A stretch of DNA of 45,445 nt from Barthelona sp. PAP020 (taxonomy: Eukaryota). How positions within the stretch are numbered: position 1 is the stretch's first letter; each line of letters begins with the position of its first letter. Under the pieces are notes generated by a model. The model was given only the letters and a program-made list of their open reading frames with translations. It searched no databases and was not told where the DNA came from. Location: contig JARQWU010000058.1 of assembly GCA_040182905.1 (NCBI GenBank), positions 1-45,445 of the forward strand. Direction: 5' to 3'. A program made the translations under genes and the position numbers. This document shows positions 26,001 through 34,867 of the stretch, piece after piece.

Positions 26001-27026
26001 GGGAGAATAACAGAAAAATTAGATATTTATATCGTTGAACATATTGTCAAGAGTATCATCAATTCCAACTCTTTCCAAGACAATTTCAATTTTAATTTGT
26101 TGTCTAAAGTTGATGAAGCTGAGTGTTTTCCCAACGGATGTGATTTAAGTTCATTCATCAATTTTCAACCAAACAATTTTCATCCAAATTGGATTGCTTT
26201 GCAATCAAACGCTTTGTATTCAAGGAATCTAACACAAGGCTTAAACTTTATTGACATTTTACAATCAAACAAGTTTAAGAGCAAAGTCAACACTCATGAT
26301 CACATTCTTGAAAACTTTAAATTGTTTGAATCTTTGGAAATTTTGGAGATTGACAGCAAGAATTCTTTTTGGGAAAGGGAAATTAAAAGCTTTAATCAAT
26401 TAATCAATCTTATTAGGAATGATTTCACCGTTATTCAAAGATACTTCAATAAAATTGATCAATTAACACAATATACTCAAAATTTGATCCATTATCTGAA
26501 AGAAGACAGAATATCTTTTGAATGGACTAAATTCTTTTCACCCTATTTGAATGAAAAAGCTCAAAATATTTACAAATTTAAGAATAAATTGGAGGCTATT
26601 AGAACCCAATTGAATGGTAACAATGAAAAAATCTTGTTGTCTTCTATAATCAATCTTCAGTCATTTTTTGCATACAAGAAAATTCAAAATATGGATATTG
26701 AACACAATTTAGAAGATTTTGTTGGCGTTCTTGAATCTTTTGATGATACAAATGACGAAGAAGTTGAAAAAAATGATGATGATAATGAAATCATTCTTAA
26801 AATATCAAATGGTTGTGTTGTTGATGGAAATATTGAATTGTGTGATGAATTGTTCACTACACATTGTTTTAAATTGTCATTCAAGCAAAAAGAAGCACTG
26901 AATAATCACATTGTCCTTCCTTTCTATGAATCTGATGAGTGTAAAACAAAGATTGATAATTTATTTGTAAAATCAAATTTGGATCAAATGGATGCTTATA
27001 TCAGAGGTGTCTTTTTGTTTGCATAA
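14058..27026 (+). CDS. DYNC1H1: Cytoplasmic dynein-1 heavy chain, divergent, 4322 aa, intronless
   Basis: AAA1 GPAGTGKTE and [8 protein letters not shown]; AAA2 [20 protein letters not shown]; linker [14 protein letters not shown]. Dynein-1-type stalk and AAA5 ([40 protein letters not shown]). Confidence 0.9.
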   Translation: [4322 protein letters not shown]

Positions 27027-27303
27027 TAGTCTCGTAAAAAAGTTTTGTGTTAATTTTTTTTTTGTATTTTCTCACAGATTCCCCAAAACATGCATGGTTC
27101 ATCATATTGAAAATGATTTTTTAAGTCAATTCTAATGGAATAAAGCACGTTAATAATTCTTTCTAAAGAAAACTTCTCAAAACCCCTAGAACTTATGATT
27201 AAAACAAGAAATGGCTCAAATTCTTTGAAAAAGAAAATTTTTGTTCAAAGACCAACAATCCAACTGGTCATTTCAAAAAGAAAAGAGAATTGAAAATTTA
27301 TAA

Positions 27304-29925
27304 TCAATTTAAAATATATTCAACAGCCCAACCTTCCAGAGAAATATCTCTTCCATATCCCATATTCGCTAAATTGCTGGTTAAAGAATGTAAAAAGAAG
27401 TAAATTTCATCAGATAATTTTTCATCAGGTAAATTGGAAACAGCATGAACCTTGATTTTTGTATTGGCAGTATTTTTTCTGAAAGAAACAGTTAAATTGT
27501 CACTCATCTGGGGCTTACCCACCAACATATGGAAATACTCCCCTGAATGACGTTCATTGTTGGTAATTTCATCAACCCAAGTACAACCAACTCTTTCCAT
27601 TTCTGTGTCAAATAATACAATAACTCTGTTACCACTATTTAAATGAATAGAAGTAGATACATTGATAAATTCTGAATCTTCATGCAAAATAAAATCAACT
27701 TGTGGCATCACTAAACCTGTAGTATTGGCAGTGGTGGGTGCACAAACTCCTTTTTTAATAACAGCACCACCACTTATTGTATCACAAGGAACAAAATTGG
27801 CAAAGCCTCTTGAATTCATGTATTTAACTAATTGTTCCTGAGACACATCCCATTCAACGACAAATTCAATATAAGGAGATCTTGGAGTATTAGAACGACT
27901 ATCGTTATTATACAACACTAAACCTGCATGGAAAAGAATAGGATAACTTTCAGTAAAACCACCAAAAGGATTTTCAGATGTGGATACTAAGCTGACAGCT
28001 GTAGGATGCCATCTTATTCTATGATTAATAAAGGAAAGGAAGCATACACATATAAACAAAAAGACAGCTAATTTAATGACCAATTTTTGCAAATTTTTAA
28101 CATAACTTTCAATAATCTTTCTGAAATGAATAAGAGAAGGCAAAAAGCCAATGATAACAATGATAGCAACAAGAATAATGAAAGGAATGTCCATTGAGCT
28201 TTTCCCATTACCATTTTGATTTAACATAGGTAAAACCAATGTCAAAACATCCTCAAACATGGGAATAAACATACAATTAACCAATGGGGAAATAATAAGA
28301 ACAACAGGAATGCCAAACTTATAATCAAATTTGTTTGCGAAAATTGTTAAGAAATAATTCACACATGCCACAATAACCATAAGTAATGTCATGACCATAG
28401 CTCCATATTGGAGATTTACGAGGATAATGGTAAAAATCATACCACAAATGGACAACAAAATCCATAGCAGAGGAACTCTTGAATGATCAAACCATTTGAC
28501 ATGTAATATTAAAGATTGAATCAAGACCAATGCAGTGATAAAGCCAAATAATAAAACAGCAACATGATAATGAGCAAACCATAAAGAAGATAAACCTTTG
28601 AAAACTGAAAAAACAAGACAAGGAATAACAACAGAAAAAATCAGAACTAAAAAGAAAAAGAAAATTTCCAAACATCCATTTCTTTTTTTTGTTGGCTTTT
28701 CTTCAAGCTCATTATCATATTTTGGAGCAGATCCTCTTTGTGAAACCAAAAGAATATGCTCAATTGATGTTTTTTCAACTTTTCCAGTGAAAAAACAAGA
28801 AAGTGCAATCATGCATATCACAACAATCACTGAAACAACAACACAAACAACACCAGATTGAACAATTGCATGACCAAGAACAGTAAAAATCCCTATGTTA
28901 TCTTCATTAGCCAAAGAACCAGAGGATTTCATCACAAAATCTGATAAATAACTGATTAAACCCAAAGAATAACTCATGGAAGCGGCAGCAACATTATGAA
29001 AATTATCAACAGAGGTATGATAACCTTGGTAACGTTGAGAATATGCAAAATCAATACCTGGTTTATCTCCATTACTTGCATAATTAGTAACAGCAAAATC
29101 ATCATTAGAACTCAACAAACCAGACGCCATAATATCACCATTTACTGAAGATCCTTTAGTCCTGATGGGAATTTTTTCCAAGGCTCTCAAGAAGTTCTTT
29201 CCATTCTTAGAATATCTAGCCAAATTAAGACGATCACCAGAAGTTGAAGCAGCATCAGCATTCACATAAGAGGTGATATTTGTTTTCCACAGATCTGTTG
29301 TTACAAAGCTTGCGGAACCAAGTAAACCCATTTCTTCTGGTCCATTAAAAATAACAATTAGTCCTTTGGTAAATTGATCAGGATTCAAAGAGGAAAACAT
29401 TTCCGCTGAATTTAAACTGCTGCAGACAGCTATACCATTATCATGTGCACCTTCTTGATATCCATTATTGCTTCTGCCAGTACAATGATCATAATGTGCA
29501 AGCAAAGCGGTGTATTCATTTACAGTATTGTGAGGTCTCAAAACTAAAAATATATTATCAACCCCAATGGCTTTGGCAAGATATTTGAATGCAGGGATAT
29601 TTAACACACCAGGAGTATGATCAACAACAATATCAACAATCCAACCATCATGTGCATTGTCTTTAATTTCTTGACAACGTTTAATCAAATATTCATAAGC
29701 TTTTTGATGACCAGAAGTTCCAAAATTTCGTGATGGTTTAATGCCAGATAAAACATTTAAATCATACATAGCTTTGGATACATTTATTGGCAAACCAATT
29801 TCATGCATTTCATTGCTCAAATTCTCAAAATCGGTATAATTATCATTGATTATATAAAAATAACCAAAAAGAACTGAAGATACGAATCCAAGAATAACAA
29901 CATATGGAACAAAAAAGTCCTTCAT
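27304..29925 (-). CDS. M28 family membrane metallopeptidase (ERMP1/Pff1-like), about 873 aa
   Basis: Zinc motifs AHYD, GAHDNG, FNGPEEMGLLGS, PGIDFAY and YHT..DN; N-terminal TM helix and a multi-TM block. Likely ATG is 29925. Confidence 0.88.
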   Translation of the reverse strand: MKDFFVPYVVILGFVSSVLFGYFYIINDNYTDFENLSNEMHEIGLPINVSKAMYDLNVLSGIKPSRNFGTSGHQKAYEYLIKRCQEIKDNAHDGWIVDIVVDHTPGVLNIPAFKYLAKAIGVDNIFLVLRPHNTVNEYTALLAHYDHCTGRSNNGYQEGAHDNGIAVCSSLNSAEMFSSLNPDQFTKGLIVIFNGPEEMGLLGSASFVTTDLWKTNITSYVNADAASTSGDRLNLARYSKNGKNFLRALEKIPIRTKGSSVNGDIMASGLLSSNDDFAVTNYASNGDKPGIDFAYSQRYQGYHTSVDNFHNVAAASMSYSLGLISYLSDFVMKSSGSLANEDNIGIFTVLGHAIVQSGVVCVVVSVIVVICMIALSCFFTGKVEKTSIEHILLVSQRGSAPKYDNELEEKPTKKRNGCLEIFFFFLVLIFSVVIPCLVFSVFKGLSSLWFAHYHVAVLLFGFITALVLIQSLILHVKWFDHSRVPLLWILLSICGMIFTIILVNLQYGAMVMTLLMVIVACVNYFLTIFANKFDYKFGIPVVLIISPLVNCMFIPMFEDVLTLVLPMLNQNGNGKSSMDIPFIILVAIIVIIGFLPSLIHFRKIIESYVKNLQKLVIKLAVFLFICVCFLSFINHRIRWHPTAVSLVSTSENPFGGFTESYPILFHAGLVLYNNDSRSNTPRSPYIEFVVEWDVSQEQLVKYMNSRGFANFVPCDTISGGAVIKKGVCAPTTANTTGLVMPQVDFILHEDSEFINVSTSIHLNSGNRVIVLFDTEMERVGCTWVDEITNNERHSGEYFHMLVGKPQMSDNLTVSFRKNTANTKIKVHAVSNLPDEKLSDEIYFFLHSLTSNLANMGYGRDISLEGWAVEYILN

Positions 29926-30219
29926 TTCACCAAAAAAAAAAAAAAAATTGTGAAAATCTTTTTTTTTCTGAATCAATTTTATAGTCCAAACTTTTTTCAT
30001 CAAAGATTAAAAATACATAATTGTTTGTTAATGTGAAACAAAATGAGTTTGTAAATTGAGAAGATATTCTTCTTCTTTGAAAAAAACATCTTGACATTTG
30101 AGAATGAATGAGGGTAATTTTGATATTTTCACTCTTTATTCAACTCAAAATTTGCGAAAACACATTTTTTCATTTCCTTTGAAAATTAGTCTTTAAAAAC
30201 AAACTCTCAATACAAGAAA

Positions 30220-33159
30220 ATGGAAGAAGATGAAATAGAATATTTGATTGAAATATTAGATGTTTGTTATTCCCCCAGTCCTGCCGATGATGAACGCCAA
30301 AAGGCAAATGAATTATTGCGTGAGTTGAAAGAAGATACTCATTTATGGCAAAAAATATTACCACATTATGCAGAAAAAGATAATTTCTGTTTCAGATTAT
30401 TTGTGTTATCTGATTTGGAATGTTTTTTGTTGGATCCTTTTCCTTTTACCAATATGGAAGAAAGTAAGCAGGAAGAAATGATTGAATTGTTGATTAATAT
30501 TTATAAAACTGGTTTTGTTAATGATACACCTGTGAGTTTGAGAAATCAATTTGGAAAAATATTTAGTTTATTGTTAAAAGTCTCTTATCCTCATGTTTGG
30601 CCAGATATTTTTGCTGTTTTATATGAAATAGCTCTTACTTCAAATGATCGTCTATATATTTTTTTATGGTTTTTGCGAGAATTGGATTCTGATGTTATTT
30701 CATACGATAGAGGACGAGATCAAAGTGAAATTGCACGAAACACTTTGATAAAATCGAAAATGAAAAATACTGAAGATTTTGCGTTAATTATCGATGTGAT
30801 TACAACTGTTATTGACAATAAACTTGATGATGATGAGATATCTCCATTGGCTCTGCATGTATTAGCAGATTTTTGTGGTTGGGCTGACAGTGACTTTATA
30901 TTGAGTGACACGTTTATTCAAAGATTGATGGAATGGATAAAGAATCCCAAATTGATGATTGATGTGAGTAAAATTATATGTGTTTTGATGCATAAAAAGA
31001 AAGATATTACCCCTCAAGAAAAATTTGACTTTATCACAACAAAAGCTTCATTATTAGATCTAATTACTAGTGTAGTTGAACAAATGAACAATGAAACATT
31101 TTGTGAATCGTATTATTCTTGTGGATTATTATTGAATCAGTTATTCATAGAATTGACTGCATTAGTACCTGAATTGTTGAGTTCTGATCTTGTAGAATTG
31201 CAAGAAAATGCTTTGGAATTGTTGATATCCTACATGGGTTTAGAAATTGATTTTGGTGATTTTGAAAATGATGGTGTTGAAGAATGGATGAGTATGGTTA
31301 GAGGATTACATGTTTTATTGACCAGTTTTAATGAATATGTTGTAAATTCTGTGAAGTCAACTGATTTCTATTTGAACAATGTTGAATATTTTAAAAGCTT
31401 TTTGGATAATTTTATTGTTGCTATAATACCTAAACTTCAATTACCTCAATGGTATGTTGGTGCTGATGATTTAAAAGATTCTGAAATTGATCGTTTTAGA
31501 ACGATTAGTTTTGTTGTTATTGAACAATTGTTTAAATATATGCCTGAATATAGTTTAATTTATTGCAAAGAGTTGATATTATCTTCATTTGAAAATGAAG
31601 ATGATGAAAATATTCAAAATTTGAGAACTTTAGAAAGTTTGATACAAATTGTTACACATTTAAGGTCGAGTATATCTACATCTGATATTAAAAGAATATA
31701 TGCTAGTAGTTTTATAGATGTTTGCTTACCATGCTTAGAATTGTTCAATAAACAAGATAGATTACAATTAATTAATGATAGATTCTTTTTAGACGCAGTA
31801 GTTACTTTAATAAGTAGAATTATTTGTTTATTAAATGTCGATACTAACAATGTATTATCTCAAGGTATTCTGGATATTGTCCAATTATTGATTGAATTGG
31901 TCATTAGCATTGAATTGGAATCTGCTATAAGATCTTTATTGACTAAATTGTTAGCAAAAATATTCGCTTCATTTGTTCAAGAAAATAATTTCAATGAAGA
32001 TGAAATGAGTAATATCTCAGAATATTTCATTGAATCTTTCATCCCTTTGATAGATTTAACGAATGCCAATGAAAAATGGTTGCAAGAAATTTTTGGTATT
32101 CTTGGGTTGAATGTATCTTTTGAAAAAAATATTGTTGAAAAAGTTAATTTAATTTTTGAAAATTTTTTTGGCTCATTTGATTTTGATAACGATGAACAAG
32201 TTGATTTGATTGGTGGAATTGTTTTATGTTATAAGAGTTTTATAACTCAATTGAAAGATTTAAAAAGTGTTGAAGATTCTATATCAAAATTAGCTGTTTA
32301 TTTCAGTGAATTGATTTCAAATTTAGATAATAATTCCTCTTATATTACCAATTTGATGGTATTTATCCAATATCTGATGAAATTTAATGATTCATCTATT
32401 ATTAATGAATGTGTAATTGAATTATTTAGTTCTATTCTTAATGTTGAATTAGATTATCAAATGATAATTGAAACTCTTAGATTGTGTTCAAGAATACTAA
32501 CTTCAAAAGAAAGTAATGAACAATTGATAAAATTGGCATTGAGTCATATCATTTATGTTTTAAATGAAATATTGGACAAAAAACTTGGTCAAAAGTTCCA
32601 AAAAATTCTTGATCATGATTCACAAAGATTAAAGGAAGTAAGAGAAATAGTTAGGAAATGTTTAGACCTTATTATTTGCGGAAATTATTTAGATCAATAT
32701 TCTGATGATGAAATCTTGGAATTAGTCAAGGTTATTCTTGATTCTCTTGATTATTCTGAATCGGTTCCAGTTGTTTATGGACAATTAATACGATTAGTTT
32801 ATCATCTTTTGATTTATTTCAATCAAAAACAATTAAACGATGGATTATCAGATGAATTGATGGAATGCATGAATTTCATTTATTCTAATGTCTATAACTT
32901 ACCATTTATTACAAATACATCTGATTTTAGCCTGATAAAGAATTTTAGCAAGTTACAATTTGTTTGCTATCAAATCGGGGATATGGATTATATTGAAGCT
33001 TTGAAACAATTAGAAGAAGTAGATATTTCAACTAAGTATTTGAATGATTTAGTTAATGTATCTGAAAACAATGCTAAAAATTTTGAATTACCTTTGAATC
33101 ACAGTTTTAACGATTTGGTAAAAAAATACACCCAATGGATGATTCAACGAACACAATAA
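30220..33159 (+). CDS. XPOT: Exportin-T (tRNA exportin, Los1/XPOT)
   Basis: LRNQFGKIF..YPHVWPDIF, FLRELDSDVI..EIARNTLIKSKMK and LADFCGWAD match the exportin-T N-terminal motifs; acidic, HEAT-like, 979 aa. Confidence 0.85.
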   Translation: MEEDEIEYLIEILDVCYSPSPADDERQKANELLRELKEDTHLWQKILPHYAEKDNFCFRLFVLSDLECFLLDPFPFTNMEESKQEEMIELLINIYKTGFVNDTPVSLRNQFGKIFSLLLKVSYPHVWPDIFAVLYEIALTSNDRLYIFLWFLRELDSDVISYDRGRDQSEIARNTLIKSKMKNTEDFALIIDVITTVIDNKLDDDEISPLALHVLADFCGWADSDFILSDTFIQRLMEWIKNPKLMIDVSKIICVLMHKKKDITPQEKFDFITTKASLLDLITSVVEQMNNETFCESYYSCGLLLNQLFIELTALVPELLSSDLVELQENALELLISYMGLEIDFGDFENDGVEEWMSMVRGLHVLLTSFNEYVVNSVKSTDFYLNNVEYFKSFLDNFIVAIIPKLQLPQWYVGADDLKDSEIDRFRTISFVVIEQLFKYMPEYSLIYCKELILSSFENEDDENIQNLRTLESLIQIVTHLRSSISTSDIKRIYASSFIDVCLPCLELFNKQDRLQLINDRFFLDAVVTLISRIICLLNVDTNNVLSQGILDIVQLLIELVISIELESAIRSLLTKLLAKIFASFVQENNFNEDEMSNISEYFIESFIPLIDLTNANEKWLQEIFGILGLNVSFEKNIVEKVNLIFENFFGSFDFDNDEQVDLIGGIVLCYKSFITQLKDLKSVEDSISKLAVYFSELISNLDNNSSYITNLMVFIQYLMKFNDSSIINECVIELFSSILNVELDYQMIIETLRLCSRILTSKESNEQLIKLALSHIIYVLNEILDKKLGQKFQKILDHDSQRLKEVREIVRKCLDLIICGNYLDQYSDDEILELVKVILDSLDYSESVPVVYGQLIRLVYHLLIYFNQKQLNDGLSDELMECMNFIYSNVYNLPFITNTSDFSLIKNFSKLQFVCYQIGDMDYIEALKQLEEVDISTKYLNDLVNVSENNAKNFELPLNHSFNDLVKKYTQWMIQRTQ

Positions 33160-33510
33160 TCTTCTTTTCTTAATTGGAGTAAATGTAGTCTTTTTTTTTT
33201 AATTTGTTTCTTTTTTTTTTCGTTTCAAGACGCCTTTGTTTTTGTAATATTTACAAAAAAAAAACAAAAAAAAAACTTCAATTTCAATCATTCAGAATAA
33301 CAGATTCTTGTTTCGTTTGCTTTGATTATTCTAATTGAACTCTCGTGTTGTTCTTTTTATAATAAACACCATTTCATTTTTTTTTATTCAGAAGAAATTT
33401 ATTCAAGACACTATTGTATGTATAAAAGTGAACGAGATAAATTAACTGCAAATCATCAATTTGGATTAAAAAACAAAGCCTCTGTTAGTGGATCAAAAAA
33501 TAAAATATTC

Positions 33511-34635
33511 TCATTTACTCATTTTTTCAACAATCACAGTGGCAACTAAAGCAAGAGCACCTGCCAATAATGTGGCTTTAAACATCCATTTTGGTTGTTC
33601 ATTTTCAACAAAACTATCACATATGTTTTTAATATTTCTGACACTTTCGTGACTGTCACATGTTGAACAAAGTTCTTGTGAAAGTTTGATGAAATCATCA
33701 AACGACCTACATTCATGAATAAGTCTAAAAACCAACCCTTTCCTAATTTTAATATGTCTTTTGAATGAATCTTCCTGTAAGATCAACTCGAATAAAGTGG
33801 CTAAACCCATAATTTGAGGCAAAACACAAAATCGGAAAATTGAAGGAGAGCTGATGGAAGATAGATATTTCAATACATTTTCAAAGCTATTTAAAGCATC
33901 ATCAATCAATAACAACTGATTTTTACGCATTTCAACTTCATTATCAGAAATAAAGGACTTGGGGAAAAAAATTCTTTCCTGAGATGATACATCAACAGAA
34001 AAGTCTCTAATTATATTGACTTTTTGCAAAAAAATTCCCATTGAAATAGACAAATCTGTTGTTAAAAGATCAATGTCTTCATTTTCACTCAAACAAAACA
34101 ATTCGGTCAATCCAATGCCAACTAAACCAGCTACATAATAACAGTAATCATTCAAATCATCAATGTTCATCACATTCTTGTATAAATAGATATGCATTCC
34201 ATGACCCATTTTTTTGGTGGTATCTTTGATAATATCACGATGTCTGCGTGGTAAAGATTGATACATATGAACAATATATGAAAAATCAGTTATCAACTCA
34301 TGCTTAAAATCTACTATTCGACTTAAATGAATATTTTCAAGATTTTCATGAAAATTATTTAAAACTACACTTTTTTCATCTAATTTTAACAAACTTTCAT
34401 CTTCAATAATATCTAACACTCTCAAAACCAAATAATATGTACAAATTGAATCTCTTAAAGGTTGTTTAAGACTTTGAATACATAAAAAAAAACTACGACT
34501 GTATTTTTCTAAATATTGATAACACTTATGTTGTATCTCATTATCATCTGGAATGTGTACTTTGTTAAAAATTGAACTAAGTGTGTATAATATTTCTTTT
34601 GGATGTGTTTTCGATTCAATTATTGTTTTAAACAT
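33511..34635 (-). CDS. FDFT1: Squalene synthase (farnesyl-diphosphate farnesyltransferase), 374 aa
   Basis: SRSF flap, YLVLRVLDIIED, YCYYVAGLVGIGL, MGIFLQKVNIIRD, FCVLPQIMGLATL, IKIRKG and a C-terminal membrane anchor. Likely ATG is 34635. Confidence 0.95.
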   Translation of the reverse strand: MFKTIIESKTHPKEILYTLSSIFNKVHIPDDNEIQHKCYQYLEKYSRSFFLCIQSLKQPLRDSICTYYLVLRVLDIIEDESLLKLDEKSVVLNNFHENLENIHLSRIVDFKHELITDFSYIVHMYQSLPRRHRDIIKDTTKKMGHGMHIYLYKNVMNIDDLNDYCYYVAGLVGIGLTELFCLSENEDIDLLTTDLSISMGIFLQKVNIIRDFSVDVSSQERIFFPKSFISDNEVEMRKNQLLLIDDALNSFENVLKYLSSISSPSIFRFCVLPQIMGLATLFELILQEDSFKRHIKIRKGLVFRLIHECRSFDDFIKLSQELCSTCDSHESVRNIKNICDSFVENEQPKWMFKATLLAGALALVATVIVEKMSK

Positions 34636-34867
34636 TATATTAACACAATAAATATACAATGATATGGGATAACAAAGATTAAAATTGTAAAACAAAACAC
34701 AAATCAAATCGACATCAATCTTTTTCTTTTCATATTTGAATTATTCTTTCAATATAATATAATAATTTTGTTAAACACATGTTTTTTACCATGTAATTCT
34801 CCCTTTTCTTTTCAAAAAATGAAGATTGATTTCAATAAAATAAAAAATTACAATAATTTTATAACAT

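Noticed and set aside
8419..27026. CLASP-dynein microtubule gene cluster
   Set aside because: An unrelated gene and a relic lie between them, and gene order elsewhere is functionally random.
27180..27188. AAACCCTAG telomere-like word
   Set aside because: Single copy in a convergent spacer; consistent with chance.
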